64,000 nucleotides of DNA from Vampirovibrionaceae bacterium NZW_1234 (GCA_041697335.1 JBGUGD010000010.1:1-64000); one strand, 5' to 3'. Positions 10,232-21,433 are shown, numbered from the stretch's first letter. The notes: a model not told the origin generated them from the sequence alone. Numbers and translations: made by a program.

Positions 10232-10290
10232 GAAAATACTGGTAATGTTCTTAGGAATTCATGTGTGTGTAGTGTGTAAGTGTAAGACTT

Positions 10291-10980
10291 TTATACGGTG
10301 GTTAAATCATCATCATCGTCGTCGTTATTATTGCGAGCGCTGGTGCTGAGCTGGCTGAGCAACGAGATGAGGGAAAACGGATTGTTTTGCTGAGCGGCAA
10401 AGGGGTTATTAAATGAGGCCCCGTAAGGATTGCCAAAGGGATTGGGACGACCGAAGGGGTTGCCGCCAGCCATTTGTTGCTGGGGGACGCCGCCCAATCC
10501 ACCCAAGAAGGGCAGGAGTTGTAATAGCAGGGGCAATAAACTGGCCAATTGTGGTGAATTGTTTTTGCTGCCGCTGTCGAGGTCTGCGATTTCTTTTAAT
10601 TGGTCAATATCGATGTTGCTGCCACCCGTACTCACGTTATTTGCGCCAAAGCGGGCAACAAAATCGGCTTGAGTGATTAAATCGGCGCTACCACCTGTTT
10701 GATTCACATCGGCCAAAGCCAAGTGAGCAATTTCGCTCAGGGTAATGCTGGAGTCGGTTCCAGGACGGCCATCAGCATTAAAGAAATCTGGGAATAAGCC
10801 TTTTTTATCTTTGCCACCGACCACTAATGTGGCATAGAAGGAAGCCAATTTGGTATCACCGGAGGAGCGGAGTTCTAAGGCCCGGCGAGCAATTTCCCGT
10901 TTGGATAATTTTCCATTGTTATTGGTATCGGCTTTGCTAAAGTCAGCAGCGACCTGACTAAATTTAATGGACATACTCAT
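10291..10980 (-). CDS. EF-hand-containing, Gly/Asn-rich harpin-like hypothetical protein
   Basis: AAGGAG RBS; EF-hand loop DTNNNGKLSKRE; further degenerate Ca loops; LLPLLLQLL helix; NPF repeats; acidic tail. Confidence 0.75.
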   Translation of the reverse strand: MSMSIKFSQVAADFSKADTNNNGKLSKREIARRALELRSSGDTKLASFYATLVVGGKDKKGLFPDFFNADGRPGTDSSITLSEIAHLALADVNQTGGSADLITQADFVARFGANNVSTGGSNIDIDQLKEIADLDSGSKNNSPQLASLLPLLLQLLPFLGGLGGVPQQQMAGGNPFGRPNPFGNPYGASFNNPFAAQQNNPFSLISLLSQLSTSARNNNDDDDDDLTTV

Positions 10981-11187
10981 CACACACACTCCTTAAGAAT
11001 TTTCACACACACGTTCTTGGTTTGAGGCTTTTACATTACCGTTGTCTTACATAGAAATAAAAACATCCAAAAGATATAAATTGCTCATTTTAGATATACT
11101 TTTTAAATCTTGTTACAATTTGAAATATTTGATGCTTTCCGTCTGGTGCCGTCACACGGTTGCCAAAGGGCGTCTAGGAAATTTAGG

Positions 11188-12549
11188 TTAAAACAGGTGG
11201 TTTCCTGCGCTTCGATAAGACAGGGCGAGTAATTCAATGGGGTGCATGACTTTCATTGTCAGGCCAGCTTGACGAATACCGGACTCTAATTGCAGCATAC
11301 AGCCGGGATTTCCCGTGAGCACGACATCGGCGTCTGTTCTAGCCAGATGGTGCATTTTTTCCTGTAAAATGTCCCAGCTCAACCCGGGGTGTGCCAGGTT
11401 GTACACGCCAGCACTCCCACAGCACATATCTGCCTCTGTGAGCGGGATTAGCTTCAGGTTTGGAATCTGAGTGAGAACTTGGTAGGGTTCTTGCTGAACT
11501 TTCTGGGCATGGTGTAGGTGGCATGCTGCGTGATAGGTCACGTTATAAGGGACTGGGGCCCTTTCCCCTTCGAGAGAGAGCTGGGCCAAGAGGGCCATAA
11601 TATCGATGACTTTCTCTGAAAAAGCGATGGCTTCGGGGTGTTGGGTGAGCAGATGATGGTATTCCTTCAAGGTTGAGCCACAGCCCGCTGCATTCACCAC
11701 AATCCAATTCGGTTGGGTTGCTAAAATGGTGTCAATGTTCTGTATTGCCAATTCGGCAGCAATGTCGGTTTCACCACTGTGATGGGCCAAGGCGCCACAG
11801 CACGTTTGTTGTGGGATAACCACTTCAAAGCCATTGGCCACCAGAACTTCAATAGTGGCCCGATGTGTGCGGTGGTATAAGGCATTCATAATACATCCGG
11901 TGAACAGGACCACCCGTCCTCGACGGTTTTGGCCAAATATTTCACCGGCCGGCAAGGGAGAACCCTGGCCAAACGTCGGGGTAAGTTGTTCTAGCCTTGC
12001 CAATGTCGTATTTTGGCCAAGTAAACCTGTTTTTCTTACAAGGGTTTGAAGACCGCTCACTGTGTACCCCCGTGTTAGGGTAGCTATCAGGTTTAACAGC
12101 TTGGGCTTCGGCAAGACGGTTCTAAGCATAAATCGGCGAAAAAGCCGTTTTAAGGGATTTTGGTGGCGAACCAGAACTTCACGAGACGCCATGAGTAGCG
12201 AATCATACTCAACCCCCGATGGGCAGGCTGTTACACAGGCTAAGCATCCCAAGCACGGGTCCAGATGATCGGACAACTGTTTCGGGTTATCCAACTCACC
12301 GTGAGCAAAAGCCCGCATAAGATAAAGACGCCCACGGGGAGATTCGGCCTCTGAGCCCGTTACACGATAGGTTGGGCATGCAGAAAGGCACATGCCGCAG
12401 TGGATACACGCGCTCAATTTATCAAAGGCATCCGGTAAATCCGGACAGGGGAGGGGCACTGCAGAATTCGCTTCAGAGTGATTTTCAGGCTGCGATGCGT
12501 TAGACGGATGTATCTGAAAATTAAGCACCATAGGGGGAGGCTCCTCCAA
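11188..12549 (-). CDS. glcF: Glycolate oxidase Fe-S subunit
   Basis: CIHCGMCLSACP and CLGCLACVTACP ferredoxin motifs; two CCG domains. Confidence 0.9.
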   Translation of the reverse strand: MEEPPPMVLNFQIHPSNASQPENHSEANSAVPLPCPDLPDAFDKLSACIHCGMCLSACPTYRVTGSEAESPRGRLYLMRAFAHGELDNPKQLSDHLDPCLGCLACVTACPSGVEYDSLLMASREVLVRHQNPLKRLFRRFMLRTVLPKPKLLNLIATLTRGYTVSGLQTLVRKTGLLGQNTTLARLEQLTPTFGQGSPLPAGEIFGQNRRGRVVLFTGCIMNALYHRTHRATIEVLVANGFEVVIPQQTCCGALAHHSGETDIAAELAIQNIDTILATQPNWIVVNAAGCGSTLKEYHHLLTQHPEAIAFSEKVIDIMALLAQLSLEGERAPVPYNVTYHAACHLHHAQKVQQEPYQVLTQIPNLKLIPLTEADMCCGSAGVYNLAHPGLSWDILQEKMHHLARTDADVVLTGNPGCMLQLESGIRQAGLTMKVMHPIELLALSYRSAGNHLF

Positions 12550-13789
12550 TAGCAGGGGCTTGGGGAACGGGCATCAGAATACCATGAGGATCATACTGCT
12601 GTTTTAAACTTGTCGTCCAACGCGACAGCACAGGATTGGTTTCTTGATTATACTGATCCATCAGGTGTAGCAATGCTGCCGGGACTCTCATAACTTCGAT
12701 AAACCCTTGCTGGGATTCCACCATACGTTTTAGGGCCTCTAGGGTCTCCCCCGGTGGAACATGAACGGATACCCAACGAAGCCAAAGCTGTTGGGTATGC
12801 ATTGGGATGAGCATATCTGCGTTTTTTAGCTCAGCATCACTGAAAATTCGATAGGGGAAGTCCAATAAAGACTTTTGTGGCAAGGCTACACGGATGACCA
12901 GGGCCTCAGGTTCTTCGGGATGGGTCCAGTCGAGTTTATGAGTCCAACGCTGCACGGCCTGAGGGGCCAGGAACAGCTCCTGCAAATCGGTATTGAGAGA
13001 TTGGGCCTCCTGATGCACCCGATCACTTTCGGTTTGCACCACGGTTTTCAAGCCGCTCAGGCTCAAAAGAACCTGCCAGCCAAAGGTGGATTTTGTGCGA
13101 AAGACAGAAAACATTTCGGCACTAGAGACCAGTTGGTTCAATTTTTGAGAGAGCCGCAAGGCATGATCGAGTTCGTCAAAATGAAACAAAAACGAGCGGG
13201 TCATTTCCGGTTTCGGTAATACCTTTAGCACGACAGATGTGATAAGGCCAAAACGGTGGTGACTTCCAATGAAAAGCTTTCCCATATCATAGCCGGTGAC
13301 ATTTTTGACCACCTCGCCCCCATAATGAATGAGGTGACCATCACCGGTGATGGCATGAATGCCCACCACCCACTGGCGAAGGCTACCATAGCGGGTACTT
13401 TGCAAGCTCAGCTGCTCGTTACCCAATACGCTCAATAAACTGCGATCGCCAGGGTAAGTTAATGCCAGACGTTGATCCTGGCCCTCCAGGGTGCTTGCGA
13501 GCTGGTCTATGCGTATGCCGCTCTCGATGGTAATTAAATGCTCTTCAGGACGATAGGAGAGTGTGCGGTTTAGGGGGGAAAGATCCAGTAAGACGGCATT
13601 TGGCCTCGTTGTGGCTTGACCCAAATCAGGCTCAAGCGGGGTTTTGGTTTTATTGGCCAAGCGAATCACACTGTGGAGATCCTCAACGCTGGGAACAACT
13701 AAAATTGGCCCTCGCTCCGAGGAAGTGATCGGTAAATGACTGGATAAAGCGGCCAAAAATGTATTGGATACAGTCATGATTAAATCCAC
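12521..13789 (-). CDS. glcE: Glycolate oxidase FAD-binding subunit (divergent)
   Basis: GGEVVKNVTGYDMGKLFIGS, C-terminal LKQQYDPHGIL; lies between glcD and glcF. Confidence 0.8.
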   Translation of the reverse strand: MDLIMTVSNTFLAALSSHLPITSSERGPILVVPSVEDLHSVIRLANKTKTPLEPDLGQATTRPNAVLLDLSPLNRTLSYRPEEHLITIESGIRIDQLASTLEGQDQRLALTYPGDRSLLSVLGNEQLSLQSTRYGSLRQWVVGIHAITGDGHLIHYGGEVVKNVTGYDMGKLFIGSHHRFGLITSVVLKVLPKPEMTRSFLFHFDELDHALRLSQKLNQLVSSAEMFSVFRTKSTFGWQVLLSLSGLKTVVQTESDRVHQEAQSLNTDLQELFLAPQAVQRWTHKLDWTHPEEPEALVIRVALPQKSLLDFPYRIFSDAELKNADMLIPMHTQQLWLRWVSVHVPPGETLEALKRMVESQQGFIEVMRVPAALLHLMDQYNQETNPVLSRWTTSLKQQYDPHGILMPVPQAPAIGGASPYGA

Positions 13790-15234
13790 CCTGCTCCCGT
13801 CTGTACCAGTTTATGGGGGAGCCCCTTTCGGGTTTCACCACAGCTGCTGCGAGTTGGGAAGATCTTTTCTGGATTGGCCAACTGGTCTGGATCAAACACG
13901 CTTTTGAGGCGTTGCATAACAAGCAATTCGTCCTCGGTAAACATTAGCGGCATGAATTCCGATTTTTCAATGCCAATGCCGTGTTCTCCACTTAATACTC
14001 CGCCCACAGCCAGGCAGGCCCGAATCATTTCTTCCCCTGCGGCAAGAACCCGTTGGACCATGGCAGGGTCATCGGGATCCAAAAGAATATTGGGATGTAA
14101 GTTTCCATCCCCGGCATGAAAGACATTGCCAATGATGACATCGTACTTTTGACCAATGGCCTGAATGGTTTTAAGGATCTCAGTGAGCTTGCTTCTGGGA
14201 ATGACGCAGTCATGTAGGTAAAAAGCCGGTAAAATTCTACCGTAAGCTGCAACAGCCCCTTTGCGGGCTTTCCAAAGCCTGGTTCGTTCAGTTTCGGTTT
14301 CGGCCTGTTGGATCTGGGTTGCTTCAAAGCGTTCGAGCAGCTTGCGTAAGTTTTGTTCGGCCTGTTCAATGCTGAGGGTTGTGCCGTCAATCTCAATCAG
14401 AAGAACCGCTTGGGACGTTTCTGGAAAACCTGTATTGAATGCCTGATTGACTGCACGGATGGTAAACTCATCCATAAACTCCAAAGCGGACGGTTGAATA
14501 TTATTGGCCATAATGGCGGCTACAGCATCCGTTGCATTTTCCACTCGGTCAAAGGTGGCTAAAAAGACGCGGGTGGTTTCCGGCATCGGCATTAATCTGA
14601 CAATGGCCTTGGTTACAATACCAAAGGTACCTTCCGAGCCCACAAACAACCCTACCCAATTGACACCTTTAAAGTGGCCATGCGTGCCCCCCAGCCATAC
14701 TATTTCGCCTTGGGGAGTCACGACCTCTAGCCCGAGAATGTGATCCACGGTAACGCCATATTTGACGCAGTGAATGCCGCCGGCATTTTCAGCGATATTG
14801 CCGCCAAGGGTGCAGGCCCCCTGGCTGGAAGGATCGGGGGCATAAAATAAGTTATAAGGCCGGGCTTCCCGGTTTAGCCATGCATTTACCACACCAGCTT
14901 CCACTGTCGCGGTTCGGTTGTCCGGATTAATCTCTAAAATACGATTCATTCGGCTTAAGCCGATAAAAATCCCGCCTCGCATCGGTAAGGTGCCGCCTGA
15001 AAGACCGGTTCCAGCTCCTCTGGCAATAAAAGGGATTTTATTCTGATGACATAACCGAATCACTTCGGCGACTTCCTGAGTATTGCCCGGTAAAACCACC
15101 AAGTCAGGCTTGGCTTTCATCAGGACACAGGCATCACACTCATAGGTTGTTAGGACTTCGGGTTTTCCCAAAACGAAAGCCTTGCCCACCAGGCGTTCTA
15201 GTTGATGGATAAAGCGTGAAGACAGGTTTGACAT
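13780..15234 (-). CDS. glcD: Glycolate oxidase subunit GlcD
   Basis: RGAGTGLSGG, YAPDPSS, ENAGG..CVKYG, GSEGTFG, FHAGDGNLHP, GEHGIG. Confidence 0.92.
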   Translation of the reverse strand: MSNLSSRFIHQLERLVGKAFVLGKPEVLTTYECDACVLMKAKPDLVVLPGNTQEVAEVIRLCHQNKIPFIARGAGTGLSGGTLPMRGGIFIGLSRMNRILEINPDNRTATVEAGVVNAWLNREARPYNLFYAPDPSSQGACTLGGNIAENAGGIHCVKYGVTVDHILGLEVVTPQGEIVWLGGTHGHFKGVNWVGLFVGSEGTFGIVTKAIVRLMPMPETTRVFLATFDRVENATDAVAAIMANNIQPSALEFMDEFTIRAVNQAFNTGFPETSQAVLLIEIDGTTLSIEQAEQNLRKLLERFEATQIQQAETETERTRLWKARKGAVAAYGRILPAFYLHDCVIPRSKLTEILKTIQAIGQKYDVIIGNVFHAGDGNLHPNILLDPDDPAMVQRVLAAGEEMIRACLAVGGVLSGEHGIGIEKSEFMPLMFTEDELLVMQRLKSVFDPDQLANPEKIFPTRSSCGETRKGLPHKLVQTGAGWI

Positions 15235-15312
15235 GATGGGAAAAATGCCTTTTGGATAGGAACGACGCGGCCAGAATAATGCTAGGTCGGGTCAAGTACG
15301 TAATCTTTGGGG

Positions 15313-15540
15313 TTACTGAGGAGAGTGAGGTTCCACGGACTGAGCGTAACGCGCCTCGATATCAGCCAACAGGTTTTTGTTCTTACGATCCAGCCGTCGG
15401 TACAGACGACTATCCAGAAATCCGGCAACATAGGCGAGCGCCACAAACACGCTCAACATAAACCACAATTCTCTGATGGGTGGGGTTGGTGAGTGCTGAT
15501 GGTAAAGTATCAGGGCAATAATAACAATGAGAAAGAACAT
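15313..15540 (-). CDS. Small two-TM membrane protein
   Basis: Two hydrophobic helices and a basic tail; co-oriented with neighbours. Confidence 0.55.
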   Translation of the reverse strand: MFFLIVIIALILYHQHSPTPPIRELWFMLSVFVALAYVAGFLDSRLYRRLDRKNKNLLADIEARYAQSVEPHSPQ

Positions 15541-15574
15541 AGCAGCTTAATCTTAGATCAAATCGGGATGGGAA

Positions 15575-16519
15575 TCAAAGTTTGGGCGCATGAAGCAGGA
15601 TTCTCAAGAAAAAGGCAACCCCGACCACGGCAGTCATCAGTGCCAACGTTAAAATGATGGGTGTAAAGGACAGATCCGTGTAGCGCCATAAGTACAGAAG
15701 CCGAGGCAGGGTCTCAATAGGAGTAATCGCCATGGGGGTCCCAGTTTCATTGAGATAAATTCGGGACATCTTCTTTCGCTGGCTAAAGGGCTGTTTGGGA
15801 TAGGTGACAAGGAGAAATGGTTGGCCTTCTTCATCCGTGTGAAGGCGTTCTGCTTTCATGCGGATAACCTCCTGGGTTTTGGTGAGTTCAAACAGGCTTT
15901 GAACAAAAGGTTGCGGCAAAGGTGGTGCGGTAATTGGCGCTAAATATTGCTCTACCAGATCCTCAAACATGGTGTAGATCAGATCTTCCCGATCTGAGGT
16001 GACGGAGGTGTAATAATTGTCGTGGGAATAGACAACACACACCTCGTTAGGGAAGAGCTGAAAGTGCTCTGAAGACTCGACATCGTACAAGACCCGCTGA
16101 AGACGTTGGTCGATGTTACGGCTCCAGTCTTCCAGAACTTCTCGGGAGGGTGGTGTAAGGCTGATAGAGAAGACGAGATTGACAAAAGGGTCATCTTCCA
16201 TCGGTTTTTCTTCCATGTAGTGCTCAAGATGCAAAAACAGGTTTTCGACTGTGCAAATGGCCAGCCTATCATGGAATTCTTCGATGAGTGGAGCCCGGAA
16301 CTCTTCGTAGTTAAATGTTTCAGGCTCTGAGGCATCAAAGCTGAAAATGCCGGTTTCATGAAAAACCTCGATGTTGTCTTCGTACAACACAATGGTGGCG
16401 AAGGCTTCTCGATAGTCTTTCAGAAGGTAGGGCTTTAAAATATCCAGCGGAAAATGGCTGGCATACAGCTCGGAGCGATTATGACTCAGTTGTCTCAGAC
16501 CAATCATGCAAGGGGTCAA
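15575..16519 (-). CDS. Hypothetical protein with C-terminal TM anchor
   Basis: 314-aa acidic ORF, hydrophobic C-terminus. Confidence 0.7.
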   Translation of the reverse strand: MTPCMIGLRQLSHNRSELYASHFPLDILKPYLLKDYREAFATIVLYEDNIEVFHETGIFSFDASEPETFNYEEFRAPLIEEFHDRLAICTVENLFLHLEHYMEEKPMEDDPFVNLVFSISLTPPSREVLEDWSRNIDQRLQRVLYDVESSEHFQLFPNEVCVVYSHDNYYTSVTSDREDLIYTMFEDLVEQYLAPITAPPLPQPFVQSLFELTKTQEVIRMKAERLHTDEEGQPFLLVTYPKQPFSQRKKMSRIYLNETGTPMAITPIETLPRLLYLWRYTDLSFTPIILTLALMTAVVGVAFFLRILLHAPKL

Positions 16520-16646
16520 CGCGTTATGAAAACGGCAATACGCGGTTGATTGTATCGCGATTGACTCGGGAAAGCGATGCCCAATTCAAGCGTGTTTTCA
16601 GGTGCCTTCGTTGCAGTTGATTCTGACCGAGCGAAAGAAACCCAGA

Positions 16647-18491
16647 CTATGCAGACGGTTTGGATTCGGGCGGAACAGCTTTGGGAGGAACAGCCACCCG
16701 GATATGCAATTCTTTCAGTTGGTCGTCAGTGGCCACTGCTGGGGCGTCTGTCATTAAGCACACCGCCTGATTGGTTTTTGGAAAGGCAATAACATCGCGA
16801 ATGCTGGGAGTACGGCACAGCATGGCCACAATCCGATCTAGCCCCAGGGCTAAACCGCCATGGGGCGGTACACCGTAATCGAACGCTTCGAGAAGGAATC
16901 CGAACTTCTGCTGAATTTCTTCTTCCGATAGGCCCAGGATTTGAAAAATCTGGTGTTGGACATTGCGATTGTGAATCCGGATACTGCCACCGCCGATTTC
17001 CTCGCCGTTATACACAATGTCATAGGCCAGGGCTCTTGCTTTGGACGGCTCCGTTTTTAAGTAATCCACATCATCCGGATTTGGAGAGGTAAAGGGATGG
17101 TGATAAGGACTATGCGTGCCTTCATCAGTTAACTCAAACATCGGGAAGTCAACGACCCAATGGAGGTGATGCTGGTCATGGGGGATCAAATTGTGGGCCT
17201 TGCCAAAGTGCAGGCGTAAGCGTCCCAAAAGAGACTCGGCCTTGAGCTGTTTGTCGGCTACGAAGAAAATGGTATCGCCTTCTTTGGCATTGGCTCGAGC
17301 TTGGATCTGTGCCAATTCGTCTTCAGTAAAGAACTTCACAATGGGGGACTTTAACCCTTCATTGGAGAAGACAATGTAGGCTAACCCTTTGGCGCCCCAT
17401 TTCTCGACCATCGCCTTGATGTCATCATAATCTTTGCGGCTATAGTTCTCTGTATTAGAAAGGCAAAGGCCCTTAACGATGCCTCCTGGAGACTGGGCCA
17501 CCGATTTGAAGGCGTTAAACTCCGAGGCTGCCATAATATCCGTAAAATCGATTAGCTCTAACCCAAAACGGGTATCCGGCTTGTCACTTCCGTAGCGGCT
17601 CATGGCTTCAGCAAAAGTCATCCGGGGCAAGGGTAATGAGATAGTAATACCCGCCACAGCCAGCATCTCTTTGACCAAGCCTTCCACCATGGCAATCACG
17701 TCGTCCTGTTTCACAAAGGACATCTCGATATCGACCTGGGTAAACTCTGGCTGACGATCGGCTCGTAAGTCTTCATCCCGGAAACAGCGGGCAATCTGGT
17801 AATAGCGATCCATGCCGCTGACCATTAGGAGTTGTTTAAAGATCTGCGGGGATTGGGGGAGCGCGAAAAACTTGCCTGCGTGTACCCGGCTGGGAACCAG
17901 ATAATCCCGGGCTCCTTCGGGAGTGGTCTTAATGAGAATAGGTGTTTCAATTTCCAAAAAGCGGTTCTGATTGAGGTAATTGCGAACGGCACTGGCAATT
18001 TTATGGCGTAGGATAATGTTCTCCTGCATCCGAGGGCTTCTGAGATCAATGTAGCGGTATTTCAGGCGCAGGGCTTCATCCACTTCATCGGCATTTTCGG
18101 GTAAAAAGGGCGGTGTCTTGGCACGACTGATCAGCTCTACGTGGGTCGGATAAATTTCCACTTCCCCGGTGGTCAGTTTGGGGTTGATGGTTTCCGACGG
18201 TCGCAAAGAGATGGGCCCGGTTGCCGAGAGGACATCCTCATTTTTAAGTGCCGATAACGTGGCATGGACGGATGGATTTTTTTGAGGGTCGGCGACCAAC
18301 TGAATCACGCCGGTCCGATCGCGAAGCTCAACAAAGACAATGCCCCCAAGGTCACGACTCACGCTGACCCAGCCATTGACCGTGACGGTTTGGCTATTGT
18401 CGGCCGGAGTTAATTCTCCGCAATAGTGGGTTCGTTGGGTGTAATGTAATGTCGTACTGGTGTCTGCTTGAGACGCAATCGGTTGTGTCAT
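16647..18491 (-). CDS. aspS: Aspartate--tRNA ligase
   Basis: [57 protein letters not shown]. Confidence 0.98.
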   Translation of the reverse strand: MTQPIASQADTSTTLHYTQRTHYCGELTPADNSQTVTVNGWVSVSRDLGGIVFVELRDRTGVIQLVADPQKNPSVHATLSALKNEDVLSATGPISLRPSETINPKLTTGEVEIYPTHVELISRAKTPPFLPENADEVDEALRLKYRYIDLRSPRMQENIILRHKIASAVRNYLNQNRFLEIETPILIKTTPEGARDYLVPSRVHAGKFFALPQSPQIFKQLLMVSGMDRYYQIARCFRDEDLRADRQPEFTQVDIEMSFVKQDDVIAMVEGLVKEMLAVAGITISLPLPRMTFAEAMSRYGSDKPDTRFGLELIDFTDIMAASEFNAFKSVAQSPGGIVKGLCLSNTENYSRKDYDDIKAMVEKWGAKGLAYIVFSNEGLKSPIVKFFTEDELAQIQARANAKEGDTIFFVADKQLKAESLLGRLRLHFGKAHNLIPHDQHHLHWVVDFPMFELTDEGTHSPYHHPFTSPNPDDVDYLKTEPSKARALAYDIVYNGEEIGGGSIRIHNRNVQHQIFQILGLSEEEIQQKFGFLLEAFDYGVPPHGGLALGLDRIVAMLCRTPSIRDVIAFPKTNQAVCLMTDAPAVATDDQLKELHIRVAVPPKAVPPESKPSA

Positions 18492-18676
18492 GCTGCTGCC
18501 TATTCTTTTATCTGACCATAAAGCGATGGATGAGGACAGACGGTGATTCTATCCGATTTCAGTTAAACAGGATTCAGTTGAAAAATCAACGAGCCCAGCA
18601 TTTTTTTTAGGGCAATTTCTATAAGATCCGCCACCGGACTCATCTTTGATTACCCAGTTGGAGGAGTAAACTTGTC

Positions 18677-20752
18677 TTAGCCCGGTTGGACGGGTTGCTT
18701 GATGGGGAGTGTGACAGTCATGGTAGTACCTTTGCCAACGGTGCTGTCGACGCTGATGTGACCGTGATGCTTTTGCATGATCTGGTAACAGAGTGCCAGT
18801 CCCAAGCCTGTGCCCACGCCTACACCCTTGGTGGTAAACCCCGGGTCGAAAATCCGGTGCAGGTGATCCGGGGCAATCCCTTTGCCAGTATCACGAATTC
18901 GGATGTGAGCCTGTGTTCCGCTTTCACCAAGCCCGGTTTGGATGGTGATGGTACCCTGGCCATCCAGGCTGTGAATGGCGTTGACCAGGATATTCATAAA
19001 GACCTGATTCAACAGGCCGGGGAAGCATTCAATCAGGGGCAGTTCTCCGTACTCCCGCTCGATGGCGATGGCATTGCTCATGGAGCTTCGAATTAAAACC
19101 AGTGTTGTCTCAAGGCCTTCATGAAGATCGATGTGTTTCAGATCCGACTCGTCCAGGCGCGCAAAGTTTCGCAGATTTCGCACAATCTCCTGAATGCGCT
19201 CAGAAGCCATCTGGTTGATCCGTAACAGTTCCAAGGCAGATTGACGAAATTTTGCGTCTTTTTCCGAGCTGGTGTTCATTTGCTCCAGGCAGCGTTTCAC
19301 CGTATCGTCGTTGGCCACCAGGGTACCCAGCGGGGTGTTGACTTCATGGGCAATCCCAGCCACAAATTGACCAAGTACCGCCATCTTTTCGGACTGGATC
19401 AGTTGCATTTGTGCACGCTGCAACTCGATAAGCGTATTCTCCAGCTGTTGGCGCTGGTTTTCCTTTTCTTGAAACAGGTTGGCCTGGTGCAAGGCCAGGG
19501 CCAAGTGTTCGGCAATGGCCATCAATAGATCGATCTCCTCCCCCAGCCAGGCTCGGTAGGTGTCACATTGATGCAGGCTAATGGTGCCGACAAAGGAGGT
19601 TTCTTCCAACAAGATGGGAAAGACGGCTAAGCTCTTGATGGTTTCTTTTTCAAGAAGCTCTAAATGCCCGGTGAAGCTTCGAACATCGTTTAAAATAAAG
19701 GGGTTGTAGCGCTGTGGGCTGTCGCTTCGTTGAAGAAACAGGTTTTTTTCAAACTGGGCCAATTGGGTGGAATCCTCCACGGGTAAAACACCGGGAAGAA
19801 CGTATTCGAAGGCTTCAAACTGGTTATCCACGGTGTTCCAGTAATGGATAATGCAGCGGCTTAAGCCCATAACCTGACCGATTTCCTGGACCGTGGTCTG
19901 TAAAATGCGCTGAATATTTAAAGACTGCCGAATGGCTTTGGTAATTTGATTGATTAGAAACTCTCGTCCAGCTTGGTTTTGGGTTTGCCAATAAAGTCGC
20001 GCATTTTCCACGGCTACGGCTAAATGTTCAGACACATCTTCCAGCAGTTGCAGATGGACCGGGGTGTAGTGTTTCCCAAACAAACTGATGCAGCCAATCA
20101 TGACACCTTTACTAATTAAAGGGACCAAGAGAGCGCTTTGAGAATTCATGTTGGCAAAAACTGCCAGAACCGAGTCGTCGAAAGGGGCAGAAAGCAGGCG
20201 AGGTTGCGGGCGGCGTAACAGATCGTGAATCAGGCTGTCGTAGCCGGTAAACACTTTGGTGTTGCCGTGCAAATAGGCTTGACCGTCCGGATCCATGTTG
20301 ACCAGGACTTTGATGCTGTTTTGAGTTTCGTCCAGTATGACAATCGTGCCCGAGTCAAAGGGAAGAAAGGCCTGGAGGACCGAGGCCAGGGAGTTAAAAA
20401 TGTCTTCGAGGATGAGGGATGAATTGACGGCCTTGGAGACGTCTTGCAATAACGCCAGGCGAAGTTCTGCGCCGTCCAGGCTTTGCCATTCCAACTGGTA
20501 TAAGTTGTCTGTCATCAGCGGGGTGCCTTTAAGCAAATGGCCGCCTTGAATCATAAATTGAAGGGGCTTGGCGTTTTTGATGTGGGAAAAACTCTGAGGG
20601 CAGTCTGTTGCCAGGGTTTGCCATTGCTTTTCCCCGGCCGGATTCGACGTGACCAATTCCCCATTGGCATTCACAATGGCAATAGGGTGAGGGCAGTTCT
20701 CCAAGGTTGTGACGTCCAAAGCACGCATGATGGGTAAAACCTTTGGCACCAT
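18677..20752 (-). CDS. Cytoplasmic sensor histidine kinase (PAS-like, 2xGAF, HisKA, HATPase)
   Basis: H-box AGIAHEVNTP, N-box QVFMNILVNA, DTGKG, FDPGFTTK, GTGLGL; two GAF domains; no TM. Confidence 0.92.
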   Translation of the reverse strand: MVPKVLPIMRALDVTTLENCPHPIAIVNANGELVTSNPAGEKQWQTLATDCPQSFSHIKNAKPLQFMIQGGHLLKGTPLMTDNLYQLEWQSLDGAELRLALLQDVSKAVNSSLILEDIFNSLASVLQAFLPFDSGTIVILDETQNSIKVLVNMDPDGQAYLHGNTKVFTGYDSLIHDLLRRPQPRLLSAPFDDSVLAVFANMNSQSALLVPLISKGVMIGCISLFGKHYTPVHLQLLEDVSEHLAVAVENARLYWQTQNQAGREFLINQITKAIRQSLNIQRILQTTVQEIGQVMGLSRCIIHYWNTVDNQFEAFEYVLPGVLPVEDSTQLAQFEKNLFLQRSDSPQRYNPFILNDVRSFTGHLELLEKETIKSLAVFPILLEETSFVGTISLHQCDTYRAWLGEEIDLLMAIAEHLALALHQANLFQEKENQRQQLENTLIELQRAQMQLIQSEKMAVLGQFVAGIAHEVNTPLGTLVANDDTVKRCLEQMNTSSEKDAKFRQSALELLRINQMASERIQEIVRNLRNFARLDESDLKHIDLHEGLETTLVLIRSSMSNAIAIEREYGELPLIECFPGLLNQVFMNILVNAIHSLDGQGTITIQTGLGESGTQAHIRIRDTGKGIAPDHLHRIFDPGFTTKGVGVGTGLGLALCYQIMQKHHGHISVDSTVGKGTTMTVTLPIKQPVQPG

Positions 20753-20806
20753 GTCCAGGGGCTACAGTATAATTTTAAAGCATTCTGGAATGAAAGGCGT
20801 TATTTC

Positions 20807-21433
20807 GTGTTACCGGTTGCTTCCCAGCCTTATAAAATTGGTATTACCGGGACAATTGCTTCAGGAAAATCCTTGGTTGGAAGGATCTTAAAGCAACACC
20901 GTGTTCCGGTTTTGGATACGGATGAGGTTGTAGCCGATTTGTACCGACAGGATAAGGATTTAAAGCAGGCTTTGGTCCAGGCTTTTAGTGCAAAAATATT
21001 AACTCGGGCCGGGAATATCAGCAAAACGACATTAAGAAAGCTCGTATTTCGCCAGGAAGAGAAGCTGAAGTTGTTGGAGAGCTTGGTCCATCCGAGGGTG
21101 GCGCAAAAGGTGGACGACTTTTTGCAGGATCGATCCTTTAAGAGTCCATTTCGGGCTGTTTTAGCGCCAAAATTGTTTGAAGCCAAAACAGAGGGACGTT
21201 ATGATGAGGTGTGGGCCGTGGTTGTCCGGCCTCAATCCGTTCTGGAAGATCGGTTGATGGCAAGAAACAACATTAGCAGAGATGAGGCAAAACTGCGGAT
21301 TTCTCGGCAGTGGTCTCAGGATGAAAAGGCTCGTCTTGCGACCCGGGTGATTGATAATTCGGGAGCTCCCGAGCAAACCAGGCACCAGGTCGCGTCTATT
21401 CTGAAAGAACTGAGAAAGGTGCGTGGGCAATGA
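20807..21433 (+). CDS. coaE: Dephospho-CoA kinase
   Basis: IGITGTIASGKS P-loop, LESLVHP, VIDNSG. Confidence 0.93.
   Translation: MLPVASQPYKIGITGTIASGKSLVGRILKQHRVPVLDTDEVVADLYRQDKDLKQALVQAFSAKILTRAGNISKTTLRKLVFRQEEKLKLLESLVHPRVAQKVDDFLQDRSFKSPFRAVLAPKLFEAKTEGRYDEVWAVVVRPQSVLEDRLMARNNISRDEAKLRISRQWSQDEKARLATRVIDNSGAPEQTRHQVASILKELRKVRGQ

Noticed and set aside
19480..19960. Kinase GAF domain as a cyanobacteriochrome
   Set aside because: HQC..R.W tail is present but the chromophore-binding CH/DxCF motifs are not
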